Source: Octopus vulgaris (taxonomy: Eukaryota). From it: a DNA stretch of 64,000 nucleotides. Below, piece by piece: positions 1 to 12,237 of the stretch. The translations under genes and the position numbers were made by a program. Below the pieces are notes generated by a model. It did not search any database. It was not told the origin of the DNA and worked only from the letters and a program-made list of their open reading frames with translations. Positions within the stretch are counted from its first letter, which is position 1; each line of letters starts with the position of its first letter. The stretch spans positions 143,530,001 to 143,594,000 of the forward strand of contig OX597814.1 of assembly GCA_951406725.2 (NCBI GenBank), in the 5' to 3' direction.

Positions 1-61
<61 letters not shown>

Positions 62-69
<8 letters not shown>

Positions 70-628
70 CCTTAAAAATGTTTTAGCCCGAAGGCCACGG
101 CCATGCTGGGGCACCACCGCTGAATGAGCTACACTAGTTTGTGAATCCACCTCTGATACGTGGCACTTGATCAACAAGGGAGTTCGATGCTGCTGCCCGC
201 ATCCGCGTCTCCTGTCGTGAGGTAGGTTCATCTGGGACTCCCAACAAGAAGAGATCCAGTTTAGTTTTAAAGAAACCCACATCCACACCATGTAAGTCTC
301 TCAGGCATTTAGGGAGGATGTTAAAGAGCTGTGGTCCTCTGAAACCCAAGCTGTTGCAGTATCTGGACCTGTATTTTGATGGTGATGTTGGAATCCTTGG
401 CACCATGCAGCGGCGCCCCGTTCTGCGGTTGGAGTAACTTTGAATGCCAAAGTTTGGGACAAGACCCTCCAGGATTTTCCAGATGTATATCACTGCATAT
501 CTCTCCCGCCTCCGCTCTAGGGAGAAGAGGTTTAATACCTTCAGTCTTTCCCAGTAGCTGATATTTTGCATTGAGACGATTTTCTTTGTGTAGCTTCTCT
601 GAATTGCTTCGAGTTCTGCTGTTTGTTT
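62..628 (-). mobile_element. 5'-truncated CR1-clade (CR1/L2/Crack-like) LINE, ORF2 C-terminus plus 3' UTR, inserted into (TA)n
   Basis: ORF 134..571 and its in-frame upstream extension read ELEAIQRSYTKKI..MQNISYWERLKVLNLFSLERRRERY..GPQLFNILP..FKTKLDLFL..PDEP, the typical post-RT C-terminal signature of CR1-group LINEs. The short 3' UTR ends next to (TA)n. Confidence 0.85.
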
Positions 629-676
629 TATATTGTGTATTATATATATATGTTTTATATTGTGTATTATATATAT

Positions 677-1142
677 ACTAGACTAGACTACCCGTGACCC
701 ATTGGGTCACCTGGAAAGTTTGGGTTTCCCAGCAATTGAGCTTTCTTTCGTGGATTCTTTTTTTCTTTTCCAGGTTATTTCGCATGCCTTCAGCGAATGT
801 GACATCAAAATCATGCGTAAACGGTTCCTTTCCCCAGAAAAGGAAATATTTGGCTGCTATTTCTTGCACGCCCTGCTACCACATAACGGGTATTGCGATC
901 CTTTATCGCAAATAGCTGTTACGTGGTAACAGGGCGTACTAGAAATAGCAGCCAAATCTTTGAAGCTGAGATACGTTGAATTCACTCGAAAAAGTTTTCC
1001 GCTTTGACTCCCAGAACTCTCATCCGGATCACCTGGTTTTGTTCGGTAATTTCCGTAAATTCGTTTTATTTATTTACTTTTGTTTTAAAGTGAAAGAAAG
1101 GAGAAAATGAAGGATGTATGAACGTGTATATAAAATGGACGA

Positions 1143-1185
<43 letters not shown>

Positions 1186-2078
1186 TGTGTGTGTGTCACT
1201 TACGCATACCTTCACTCACTCACTCACTCACTCACTTTCTCTCTCACACACACACAAATGCACATGCACACGTACATAAAATAAGATGTATGCCTATGTA
1301 TTGATGTATGTAAGAATACATGACCATACACCCCTTCATTCATTCTCTCTTTCACCCTCTCTCTCCCTTTTTTTCTCTCTCTTCCTCTCTCTCCACTCTC
1401 TCGCTCTCTCTCTCTCTCTCATTTCTCTCTCTCTTTCATACACATGCACGTCCATTTTATATACATGTGCATACATCTTTCACCTTCACCTCTCTTTCAC
1501 TTTAAAAGTACATAAAATTTTTTACGGAAATTAACGAACTCCGGATGACAAGAGAAAGATTGACATTCACTTGAAAATAATTAAAAAAGAAACATTGAAA
1601 TATATTCTGTTTAAAGAAAGATAAAATATAAATACTTACTCTACAAAAAGCTTACATTTTTGGAATCACATTCAGTTAAAAATATGTCTAAACGATTAAA
1701 ATATTGCGTACGTCAAAAAGTTGGCATTTTTTCTCCTTAGGGAGCGTCAAAACGATGTGAGTGTATATGTCACAGATATCGGACGTGTGTTTGTGCTGAT
1801 TTCATGCCATGTCATTCACTATATGCGGGTCTATTCTGCATGTGTGTATGTGTGATGATGTCACGGAAGCCATGTTTTTTTCGTCAAGAAATAACTAACA
1901 AAAATTCTGTTTAATCATTTTCATTAATAAACATAGGTCCAGATGTCACAAAAATTTGTACCGCACTGCCGAATGTAAGTATGAAAATATATATACAAAA
2001 AAAAATCAAGATAAAATATAATATTTCTGAGATATTTCGGTTACACACAAACATCTCTAGAGTATTAGTATTATTAAT
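677..2078 (-). mobile_element. Probable non-autonomous Helitron
   Basis: On the minus strand the 3' end is a perfect hairpin GTGACCCA-T-TGGGTCAC (694-710) followed by CTAG|T (677-686). The other end reads taatactaatactctagagatgtttgtgtgtaaccgaaatatctc, resembling Helitron 5' termini. An internal inverted repeat lies at 1021-1059/1521-1547. The 5' boundary is approximate. Confidence 0.5.
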
Positions 2079-2237
2079 ATATATATATATAAAACAACAA
2101 ATGGATAATGTGTCAATTCACTACTACTCTTTCCAACGAACATTTAATTGATTAAGGGAGACATTACACTATTAGAAAGTCCCGATCTATTACACACACA
2201 CACACACACACATATCTATATATATAGATATATACGT

Positions 2238-2269
<32 letters not shown>

Positions 2270-2380
2270 TGGCCTGCTCGCTTAGCCAGCGGGGTGGCGT
2301 CATTCGAAGGCTAAAACAATGTGAACGCATTGTGACCAGCGATGTGTAGCAACATCTGATGGACTGGTCGGTCATGTGAT

Positions 2381-2387
<7 letters not shown>
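2270..2387 (+). repeat. 118-bp GC-richer structured element embedded in (TA)n
   Basis: Sharp boundaries with (TA)n on both sides. Several complementary segments: CTCGCT/AGCGGG, TTAGCC/GGCTAA, CAATGTG/CGCATTG, GACCAG/CTGGTC. Confidence 0.5.
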
Positions 2388-2441
<54 letters not shown>

Positions 2442-2700
2442 TATATATATGTGTGTGTATATATGTATAATGAAAGTGTTGCTCACACATTTACTTCATG
2501 TAACATACTGAAGCAGCTTTTGATATTTACAGATATTGTTTCTTGAAATCCCTGTATTATATTTCATATATCCGGTGTCGTTCAATTCTAAAGAGGAAAG
2601 TAGATATTTTCAAATAGATAAAGATACACAACCTATGTAGTAGATATATAAAGAGCGTTAATGCAGCTATATTTCCATAGATTGAATAAAATGAGAAACA

Positions 2701-2744
2701 GCCCTAATCGATTTTCGAACATTATTTAGTTCTCATCAGAGGTT
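2701..2744 (-). ncRNA. Minimal type-I hammerhead ribozyme motif (canonical core)
   Basis: Minus strand: CCU CUGAUGA GAAC-uaaauaau-GUUC GAAA A-UCGA-U UA GGG. This gives stem I CCU/GGG, core CUGAUGA, 4-bp stem II, GAAA, palindromic loop III and a UUA cleavage triplet. Confidence 0.8.
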
Positions 2745-2950
2745 TGTACATTAAGCTTTAACAATTCTAGAGAAACAATTCTTTCAATCTGTTTATATAT
2801 TCAACAATTCCAGTAGTTACAAAGAATAGGAGCTTCTAATCTGCGTCTCAGAGGTGTTAATGCTTTATTTAAAATCAGGGGCCTATCAACGGGTATCTCA
2901 GTCAACTCAGTATCAAGTTATGATATATGTGTAAACCATACACACACACA

Positions 2951-3167
2951 TGAAAGGGTACTGAAAAGTTCCTGGCTTTTGGTGAAAGAAAATACAGTAG
3001 GATCAGTTAATTATGATTTTATTGAAGATATCCCTCTCTCAGATTCAAATACTTATTGCAGCGTTCCTTTAATCTTACTAAGCCCTGTAAAGGAACTCGG
3101 GCGGTTGGGCCTCTGACCAGGCCTTTTGTGATACCTTTAAAGCCAGGAACTTTTCAGCTACCCTTCG
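2951..3167. mobile_element. Mariner-type MITE (~215 bp)
   Basis: Terminal inverted repeats tgaaagggtactgaaaagttcctggcttt (2951-) and aaagccaggaacttttcagctacccttcg (-3167), followed by TA. Confidence 0.75.
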
Positions 3168-5627
3168 TATATATATGTATATATATATATATATATATTT
3201 ACTTTTATTAAATCTGTATGTTTAATAAGAAGTTATGACAGAACTGATATGCATTTAAAGAAATATCTTTTTAACCAATAGACGAGTTTCGTCGTAGCAA
3301 GACAGTTGTTGGAATTACATTAAAAGAAAACCTGTGTACAATTCGTTTTAATGTTATTGCCAAATATGTGTTCGGTTATAGAAATCAGATAACATAGAGT
3401 GAAAGAAGTTGGGAGGCTAGGCTAACATATCAGACTTGTTACTTTGATCCCTGCGATTTAAAATGTGTGTAGAAATTTAATTCTTGTATTTATTGCTTAT
3501 TTTCCTTAAAAACAGGCATGTATTCTTTTTGCCTGTTCTAACACCCGAACTGCTCACAAACACTTTTGAAACAAACAATATTCATTTTTTTGTAATCGCA
3601 TTGAAGCTTCGTTCGAGTCTAACACAAAGCTTACCACACCATCGTCGTTTTATCAAAGAAAGCAAAAAGCTTTTCTCTCGAGTGGCTACGACGAATGAGG
3701 CGCCATGGTGGTTGTAGTTGAAATGTCTATGGCCAGACTCTCTCCTCTCCAAGTTTTTAAAGTGCCACTTGATAATGAATATGAAGACGACAGAGGGAGC
3801 GTTCTTTGCGTGTGAATTTCTCAAATGGTGGATGACAGTAGCTAAAATATGGGTGGAACTACTCTAAGCTTGTTGTGATAGAGGATAGTTACTACTCGTG
3901 GCCATAGTGATATTGCGTTTTCATTCGGACGTTCTTGTGTATCCAAGGTCTGTATTATCCATGTAATTGTATAATTTGAATGTTTTTTTTATCTCATTCA
4001 TTTTTCCTCCTCACCTGATTTTATGCAAAACACCACGTTATGAATAACTTGTCTTTTTATATATGTCTAACGCCATAATGAGAAATAAAAGAAATTATTA
4101 CCAAGTGGTCAATATTTTGAATTCTTAGCAAGTTGGACAAAATCTTTTGTGGTGTATTTTTCGACTCTTTACGTTCTGACTTCATATCCTACATAGTTCA
4201 TATCCTTTCAGACTCGTTAAAATAAACTAACGGTCTAGTACTGAGGCTAACCACATCGACCAACACACTCACCTTAAAACTACTGGCCTTGTGCCTTATT
4301 TAGAAAGCATTATTATTACTGTTATAATGTAGCAGTTCATTAATGGAGTCAACAATAACCTTCTCTCCTCCAAATTGTTGGTCTGTTGCCTAAACCAGAA
4401 ACCATTATTGGTGGTGATGGTAGTGGTAGTGGTGGTGGTGGTGGTGGTGGTGGTGGCGGTGCTGTTGGTGATTGTGGTAGCGGCTGTTTAATACATAGAG
4501 AAACCTACTGTGGAGCAGAACATACATGGCTGCGAAAGTTTTATTGAATATTTAGGACAGAGGTGTCGAGTATATTTAGACAATAACAGACAGAAGTTCT
4601 CAAGAAAAGCCACACAATATTCTGCAAATGTATATATACATTTATAAACTATTTTCTTTTAATTATCTTGCTCACTTTTTCAACTTCAATAATTTTCTCC
4701 AATCTCACTACACTTCTAAACAACCAATCATAATTGGCATAAACACCATGTTATATCATCTCTTACTGCCAGATGTTAAAGGCTAACTTCTCGTCTTCAG
4801 CTTTCGGCTTCTCTCCCATTTTTTACCTCGGCGGTTTTTTTTCTTACTGGGACAGGCTATATCAGAAATTCTTATCTCCTTGTGCTACGTAGTCTCAAAG
4901 TTTACTTTGACCTAACAGATGTTAAGTTTTAAGCATGTGTTTTTTCAAAAATTCGAATTAGTTTCCTTTTCGTTTTTTCTCCTCTATAGTTTCTCTCTAA
5001 TAGCTTAATTTTACATCACATCAATGTGTGCAAAAAATACTTTTGGTTTATAAGATTATCAATGTATTTTATGACAGTTAACATAATCATTCCCATGAAC
5101 AGTGTCCTTGGAAACATAATTTAATGAGACATAGCAATGTAGTTTACATCAACAGAACCGCGATACAGTCATTAAACATAAGAAAACAGTCTTGTACCAA
5201 ACTCATTCAAAACATTAACAACACACATTAAAACCTTCAAAGCTATGCATTACAGTTTATAACCATCGTTAATGGCGACATTGCACTACGTGACATTGTC
5301 TACATTGCATCTCGTAGGCCAGGCTTGCTCATTTGGTTGATCATCTACAAACATCGAGTGTGGTTCTAACTGAAGTACCGCTCACATACTTCAGCCTGAT
5401 CAGTTGGCTGATATTCTTCAGAGGTCAGGTATGATTCACGCTCAACTGCTGCTTACACACGTCTTCATCAGTCTGTTGATTGTCTTAATTGATCAAATGC
5501 TGCTCTAACTAAAACACTGTTCACATGCTCTTCGCTAATCAGTCGCTGACCTTCCACAAATGGCAAATGTAGATCCCACATCTGCTCGCATGCTGATGTT
5601 TTGTATACAAAAGGAAACATAGATACC

Positions 5628-5860
5628 TATTTCTTTACTACCCACAAGGGGCTAAACACAGAGGGGACAAACAAGGACAGACATAGGTATTAAGTCGATT
5701 ACATCGACCCAAGTGCGTAACTGGTACTTAATTTATCGACCTCGAAAGGATGAAAGGCAAAGTCGACCTCGGCGGAATTTGAACTCAGAACGTAACGGCA
5801 GACGAAATACGGCTACGCATTTCGCTCGGCGTGCTAACGTTTCTGCCAGCTCGCCGCTTT
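5628..5860 (-). mobile_element. SINE family A (tRNA-like head GGCGGCGAGCTGGCAGAA.., core gtcgactttgcctttcatcctttcggggtcgataaattaagtaccag) with tail 1
   Basis: Near-identical to copies at 41045, 48299 and 61612. Flanked by a 17-bp TSD aaggaaac(a/t)tagatacc (5611-5627, 5861-5877). Confidence 0.9.
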
Positions 5861-6950
5861 AAGGAAACTTAGATACCATCATAAAAAGAAGCCATTCAGC
5901 TGATGTCAAAGATTTTTAATAAGTCACTATGACTTCTAACTCTCAGGTGTTTTTTTCTTTTTCTTTTTTGCTCACCCTTTTTTTTCTGTCAATGCTGCAA
6001 AGGGATATGCTTTTCTGCTCATTAATCTAATATCCTCTCCACCCAAGTTAACTTTACATACCCATCTTTCTTCCTCGTGTGCTACCTCTAATGTCTCCCC
6101 TTCAATTAGAGGAACTAAACCCGTTGTCTAACCTTTCCTCTCTGTATATGCAATCCTCTAGAACTCTCCTCCTATCCATGTGTTTTCTGTAGATATTAAC
6201 CTATTGAAGCTGAAGCTCGACATCAACTACACCAATATCACCAGTTTGGAGGAAGGATCTGCTCAGACCTAATGCTTTCCTTCTCTAACTGTACCTCACT
6301 AAAGCATGTACACTATGACATGAGATGACTAACTCTTTAACTATTTATCTTACATAGCCTACTCAAGTCTAATGTCAATTTCATCCATCTAGATTTCATC
6401 AATGTTTTTTTTCTATCTTACTTGTTTCATAATTTGTATGATCGCAAGTATGAATGTTTGATTAAGAAGTACGTTTCGAAATCGGATTTTTCGGATACAG
6501 TTCATCTCCATTGTAGTTTGAGCAAATATCTTCCATTACATTCTCAAGAAACCGAAAAACCGGTAGCACCCCTCCCTACAGAAATACAATAGACTAAAGA
6601 AATCTGTAGTCAACGATGCTATTTTCATGAATTGCGATTATAAAGCAAAAAGGTTTTCTTGGAATATGGGAAGCACTTTAATCATCGAAGCTGCTAAATA
6701 AATCATTTTGTAAAGTAATATTTTTACACTTCAGAAAATTTGCTTCCTCTCCGTAATTTTGTTCATTTGGAATCTCATTTGATTCTCTGCACAGCAGTCT
6801 TTCTCAGTTTATGTTGATTGATCTGATATCAAAGTTATTCCTTTAATACTCGATTCTTTCAGTCTTAGTAGAGTACATGTTTATCAAACTTTTACAAAAC
6901 GAGAGGAGTGTCAGCGACTTCGATGTTCCAGTAGGCTATTTCTCATCATA

Positions 6951-7028
<78 letters not shown>

Positions 7029-7095
7029 AGAGTAAGCACATAAATGTGAAACAAGGTGGGAAACGATAGTACTCGAATACCAGAGGTAGAGTAAT

Positions 7096-7242
7096 ATGCT
7101 TTATTAATGAAGCTGCAAAGACATGACAAAAACTGTTGCTCGGCGTCTCACGTACCCTTTCTTCAAACTGTCCGACAAACGGAAACGTGAAACTCTGAGT
7201 AACAGCTTTTGTGATGTCTTTGCAGCTTTATTAACAAAGTAT
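7096..7242. repeat. Inverted repeat of Penelope-type terminal sequence containing a hammerhead motif
   Basis: ~58-bp arms ctttattaatgaagctgcaaagacatgacaaaaactgtt.. and ..aacagcttttgtgatgtctttgcagctttattaacaaag, inside (TA)n. Confidence 0.7.
7168..7205 (+). ncRNA. Hammerhead-like motif (variant core CCGACAA)
   Basis: CUGU CCGACAA ACG-GAAA-CGU GAAA CUC-U-GAG UA ACAG. Stems I, II and III all pair, with a GUA triplet. The core deviates at U4 and G8. Confidence 0.6.
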
Positions 7243-7255
7243 ATATATATATATA

Positions 7256-7577
7256 CAAGAGTTACGGAATGGAGTAGGTAATATCAGGGCTACATATGTT
7301 TCATAGCGGGCGGAACCTCTGAAGTGGTCAAAATCCAAGCGAGGTGTATACCGCCAGCTACTTTTCAGGCCAAGGATATCTTGATATCTAATTGAATCTT
7401 CCATGCGTCAACATGTGCATCCTTGCAACAAAGTAACCTTTAATTTAAACCAGATATCCTAGGCCAGTAGAGTAGCTGGTGGTAAACACCTCGCTTGGAT
7501 TTTTACCACTTCTGAAGTTCCGCCTGCTATGAAACATATGTAGCCCGGATCTTATCTACTCCATTCCGTAATTCTTG
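7256..7577. mobile_element. MITE with ~125-bp terminal inverted repeats and TA target duplication
   Basis: caagagttacggaatggagtag..gctacatatgtttcatagcgggcggaac..atccaagcgaggtgt is mirrored by acacctcgcttggat..gttccgcctgctatgaaacatatgtagc..ctactccattccgtaattcttg. TA on both sides. Confidence 0.85.
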
Positions 7578-7699
7578 TATTCTTATTCGTACACCCGACA
7601 TCCTTGGTCACCTACCGCGGAATATAAAAAGAACTTTTTTCCAGCTTATCGTTCTTCTATGCGAAAAAAATCAACAACCTCCCCTCTCAATAAACCACT

Positions 7700-7856
7700 A
7701 TTGTCCCTGAAAGTCTGCATTTTGTTTGTGTCCCTGCAGTCTTCTTCCATTCATATGAGGTGGCACCTCTTTTGTTGCAGTTTCGCCGGCAGGGCAGTCT
7801 TGCGCTTCCTTTTCCCAGGTGTCGGGATTGATCTCAAAGCTCTTCAGCGAGGCATT
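7700..7856 (-). mobile_element. RTE-clade LINE 3' fragment
   Basis: Translation [22 protein letters not shown] matches the RTE C-terminal motif LK.SLK.F.I.P..WE..A.DR..WR. Confidence 0.6.
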
Positions 7857-7914
7857 TTGTGTGTGTGTACGTATGTATATGTATGTATGTATGTATGTAT
7901 GTATATGTATATAT

Positions 7915-7984
<70 letters not shown>

Positions 7985-8211
7985 GTGTGTGTGTGTGTGT
8001 GTGTATGTATATATGTATATGTGTATATATGTATGTATATGCATATATGTTCCCAAGCAACACTTATTTTAGTTGATACTACTGGATTCAATGGTACCGC
8101 CCAGGTGTCGAAACCATAATGATATCCATGGGACAACTGATGATGGAGCTATGTTGGATTGTTTGTATGGCTGTTTTTGTATATGTTGAATAGTATTATA
8201 ACACATCCTTT

Positions 8212-8262
<51 letters not shown>

Positions 8263-8378
8263 ACCCACAAGAGTAAACAAGAGAGACAGAGACAGGCAGA
8301 AACAAAGAAAATGCCACTTGTATTTGAACACTATGCAAATATTCTTTTTAAAAAAGTTTTCTATCTTGACTTTTTTTT

Positions 8379-8422
<44 letters not shown>

Positions 8423-10093
8423 TCTCGATGGTAGTCTCTCGAGCTCAAGTAAGACGGTTCTGCAATTTCTTGCCGACAACCTGCACAGATGATGTGTTTA
8501 TAGTGATCAAACGTTTGTGTTGTACATGAGGTCACTCCGCACATCTAATCGACATTGCCTATATAGATGCACAGTGTGCCATACGTCAAATGTCTAAGTG
8601 GTCGCAGACAACGTGAAATGAAGTGTTTTGCTCGTGAGCACAGTGCACTACCCGATACGAATGAATGCGTGAATCAAAGAAAGTTTGAAAGCTGCAGAAA
8701 ATTAATACTTTCGGCATGAATTGACTGTATTAGCAGAATGACAATCCTTCACTATAATATTAATATTAATTTCTAACATAAGCATGGGACCTAGTTACAT
8801 TATATAAAATCGACTCAACATGCAACTGGCACTTTATTTCATCGGCCCTAGAACGCTGAAACACAAAAAGTTAAACCTGATAGGATTTGACCTGTGGACA
8901 AAAATGTCTTTTAGCAAATAGCACAGGTTTTTGTTTATTCATTGCTTTTCTAGTTCTGTACAACCAAACACTCATCACCCCTTATAAATGCAAAATGTTT
9001 TCAATAGAATCGCTGAACATGACCATAGTTAAGTTACATTTCAATTTGTATTTTCACAGGATTTTTAATAGAAATACGCCAAATTCAACTTCGTAAAATA
9101 GAAATGGGTGGAGTAGTTCTTGTTATAATAGGAAAGAGGCAGTTAAAAGTTGATATTTCGGTATCAGGTGTCATATATAACTGAAGCTACATCTCTGTGG
9201 TATGAAGTATTTTAAAATATTAAAGTAAGCAGATAAGCAAACAAAAATTATAATCTGCGACAGTCAGCAAATATTCTTGGTATCACTTAGCAAACTGTTT
9301 TACACACACACACACACACATATATATACACACACGCACACACATACGTATGTATGTATATATATGTTTATATATATGTATATATGCATGTATATATGTA
9401 TGCGTGTATGTATATATGTTTGTGTGTTTGTGTATGTATGTATATATGTATGCATGTGTGCATGTATGTATGTATATATGTATGTATGCAAACACACATA
9501 CATATTTATATGTCGGTGTATGAATTTTTTTTTTATTTACACAGGAATCTTTGGACTTAGTTTTCTATTTCGTAGTTTAGTTCTCCCCATTATATTTGAA
9601 ATAATGTTATTTTAATTGTCAAAGAAGCAATGGAACAAATATTTTGAAATTGCATAGTGCGCTGCAATGAATAATTAATAATGAGACCGTTTGGCACCGT
9701 GCAATTTGTAAAATAAAACAAATTTTCAAATCTTTGAAATACTCTTCCTCTTTTTGTTTTTTGTTACCATAGGCATTAACAAATCAATTAAAAGTGTTAC
9801 AATTTGTTGACTGAAGACTTAAGTGTCTCATTAACGTATTGTTTAGCACTAAGCTGTAGACAGTACCTAGATCTTAAGTCTTTCAGAGGCGAGATAGATA
9901 GCCCCCACCCCAAAAAAAAAAAAACTCTAGAAGCGCAAAAATTTATTCATTGATCTTACATTGATTACACATAAATTTGTCCTTTATTATTAAATAAATG
10001 AAGCATTTCTGGTTGGAAATTATAAAATATATATATAATTTTTGCTTCGTGAAGATTGTCTAAAATTTGTACCACCGAACAATAAGTACATCT

Positions 10094-11846
10094 TTATTTG
10101 TGATAATCTTGGAAAGATTGCTTCTTTTTACAAAGACAGAGAGGAACTTCGAAAATAGAACACCCTGTTCTGATTTGTCTAGCTTTTGAACTGCACAAAG
10201 CACACCTCTTCCTAGTTCCTCTTATTTGATGATGAGTTGACTCTCTCTTTCTAATCTCCAATGAAACATGAGGCTTTTGCCTTTTAATTTCTATTGAAGG
10301 CCCTTTAGTCTTTCTTTTTAGCACAAAATAGATTCTGCTGCTAAGCCATCATTAACTTCCAATCTGAATTTTTTTCAGTGTCATATTGCTGTCCTGTACT
10401 TTCTTATGAAGTATGAACGCGTTTACAATTGCTGCATCAAGAAAGTAAAAAAATATTCTGTGCCACCATTTGTGACTCTTACGGTCTATTTCATAGGTTT
10501 TTCTTTAGCTGGTCAAACTTATCTACATAATTCATATGTAGGTTGTAATCCTTTATCATAAGTGGACAGTTTATTTGGACCTTGCTTCCATCCTTTCCCC
10601 GCCTTGGAACTTGGCATATTTCAGTAGGATCGTGAAAACTTCACGTAACATATACCACTCTCTTATCTTTTCATTTCACAGCCGAGATTCCATCACCAGA
10701 AATAAACCAGTCATGTTCACCTCTTTCCAAGTCTTTGTCATTCTTATAAGATTGAGGAATTTTCACCTTTTCTTATTTAAAGTGCCACATGCAAATAATT
10801 AATCTCCTTTTAAATCCTTAATTAGGTCATAGCTAGTAAAATAGTCGTCAAAAAAACTTTATGGTTTACCCCTTTTAGTTGACTTGTTAGTTTTCTAACT
10901 TCATTCCCTCCTAAATCTCTTGTAAATTTACCGGCATTTTTACCTGTATAAATTTCACCATCAATAAAATAATCTGACTTATCTGCCAGTACCCAAATTT
11001 TATAACACCTACTTATTGGTTTGATTGGGTTATATTACTTTACACTATTCCTACCCTTAAATATTACCATTGATTCGTCCACGGCACCTACATCACTTGC
11101 ACAATAGCATTCTTTCAAGTTATTTATGATCATTTCAAGGTATGATCTGGCTTTGTACAATCTATCTAAGTTACGGGAGTCCCTTTCTGGTATAAGAGAA
11201 TTGTCATTCCAATGAACATGTAATAATAACCAATCAAATTTTTTAATGGCATTCGTTTGCTTATAAAAGGATCATTTAGCTTTGGACCTGTGCTCCAATA
11301 ATCCCTATAACTGGGCAAATGATAAACTCGCATCATCAAATTAATTGCTAAAAACATTTTTATTTCTTTGGCAGAGATAGGACCTAAATTTTTACCTGAT
11401 TGAACAGCATACAAATTAGTATGAAAAGCAATATGCTCTATTATGTTATCAGTGAACAAATTGCTGAATATTGCATAAGATGTGGGCGCTTGCATTTCCT
11501 GGATATCTTTTGCTACACTACTTGATTTGGTAAAAATAATTGTTGGTTGTGCAACATTTACGTTAGCCCATTTTGGATTTTTATTACTTGCAAAGGAGGC
11601 TAATGGAACATCATCTGAATCGGATTCTGATAAATCATCAAACTCTATATTTGCTGTTTCTTCCTCCTGAACATTATTTTGTTCTTCCGAAGCTTCTTCT
11701 GAGTCATCATCATCACAAGCTGATTCATTGTCTGAAAGCAATACCTTCATGCAACATTTCCTCAATTTCCTTTTGAGATAATGGATTTCGGTAGCAAGAC
11801 ATTCTGTAAGGGTAAAATCAGAAAATATTACTAGCGGCCACTTCAC
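10094..11846 (-). pseudogene. Frameshifted piggyBac transposase (PGBD-like), near full length
   Basis: Minus-strand frames give an acidic N-terminus, then FTDNIIEHIAFHTNLYA, MMRVYHLPSYRDYWS, AVDESMVIFKGR, KPISRCYKIWVLAD, FFDDYFTS, YNLHMNYVDKFDQ, KWWHRIFFYFLDAAIVNAFIL and a Cys-rich C-terminal domain (RCALC..CSI..PLC). Multiple frameshifts. Confidence 0.92.
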
Positions 11847-11883
11847 AAATTCATAAGGAATTTATAAATCTAAAAAAATATAA

Positions 11884-12237
11884 GTGTGGAGTGGCTGTGT
11901 GGTAAGTAGCTTGCTTACCAATCACATGGTTCAGTCCTACTGCGTGACACCTTGGGCCGACTAAACCTTATGAGTGGATTTGGTGAACGGAAACTGAAAA
12001 AAGCACGTGTGTGTGTGTGTGTGCGTGTTTGTGTCTGTTTATGTCCCCCACCATCGCTTGACATCCGATGTTGGTGTGTTTACGTCCCCGTAACCTAGTG
12101 GTTCGGCAAAAGAGACCGATACAATAAGTATTAGGCTTGCAAAGAATATGTCCTGGGGTCGATTTGTTCAACTAAAGGTGGTGCTCCAGCATGGCCGCAA
12201 TCAAATGACTGAAACAAATAAGAAAATAAAAAAAAAG
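11884..12237 (+). mobile_element. SINE family B (head ggagtggctgtgtggtaag.., internal microsatellite, tail ggtgctccagcatggccgcagtcaaatgactgaaacaag) nested in piggyBac
   Basis: Colinear with copies at 13922-14311, 48045-48695 and 53060-53466. Confidence 0.88.

Noticed and set aside
7775-7852. CUGAAGA..GC GAAAC UGCA hammerhead-like match on the minus strand
   Set aside because: No NUH triplet and poor stem I. It is explained by RTE coding sequence (ASLKSF..WEKEAQD).
8100-8160. GAAAC..CUGAUGA in type-II hammerhead order
   Set aside because: Stem II and stem III do not pair.
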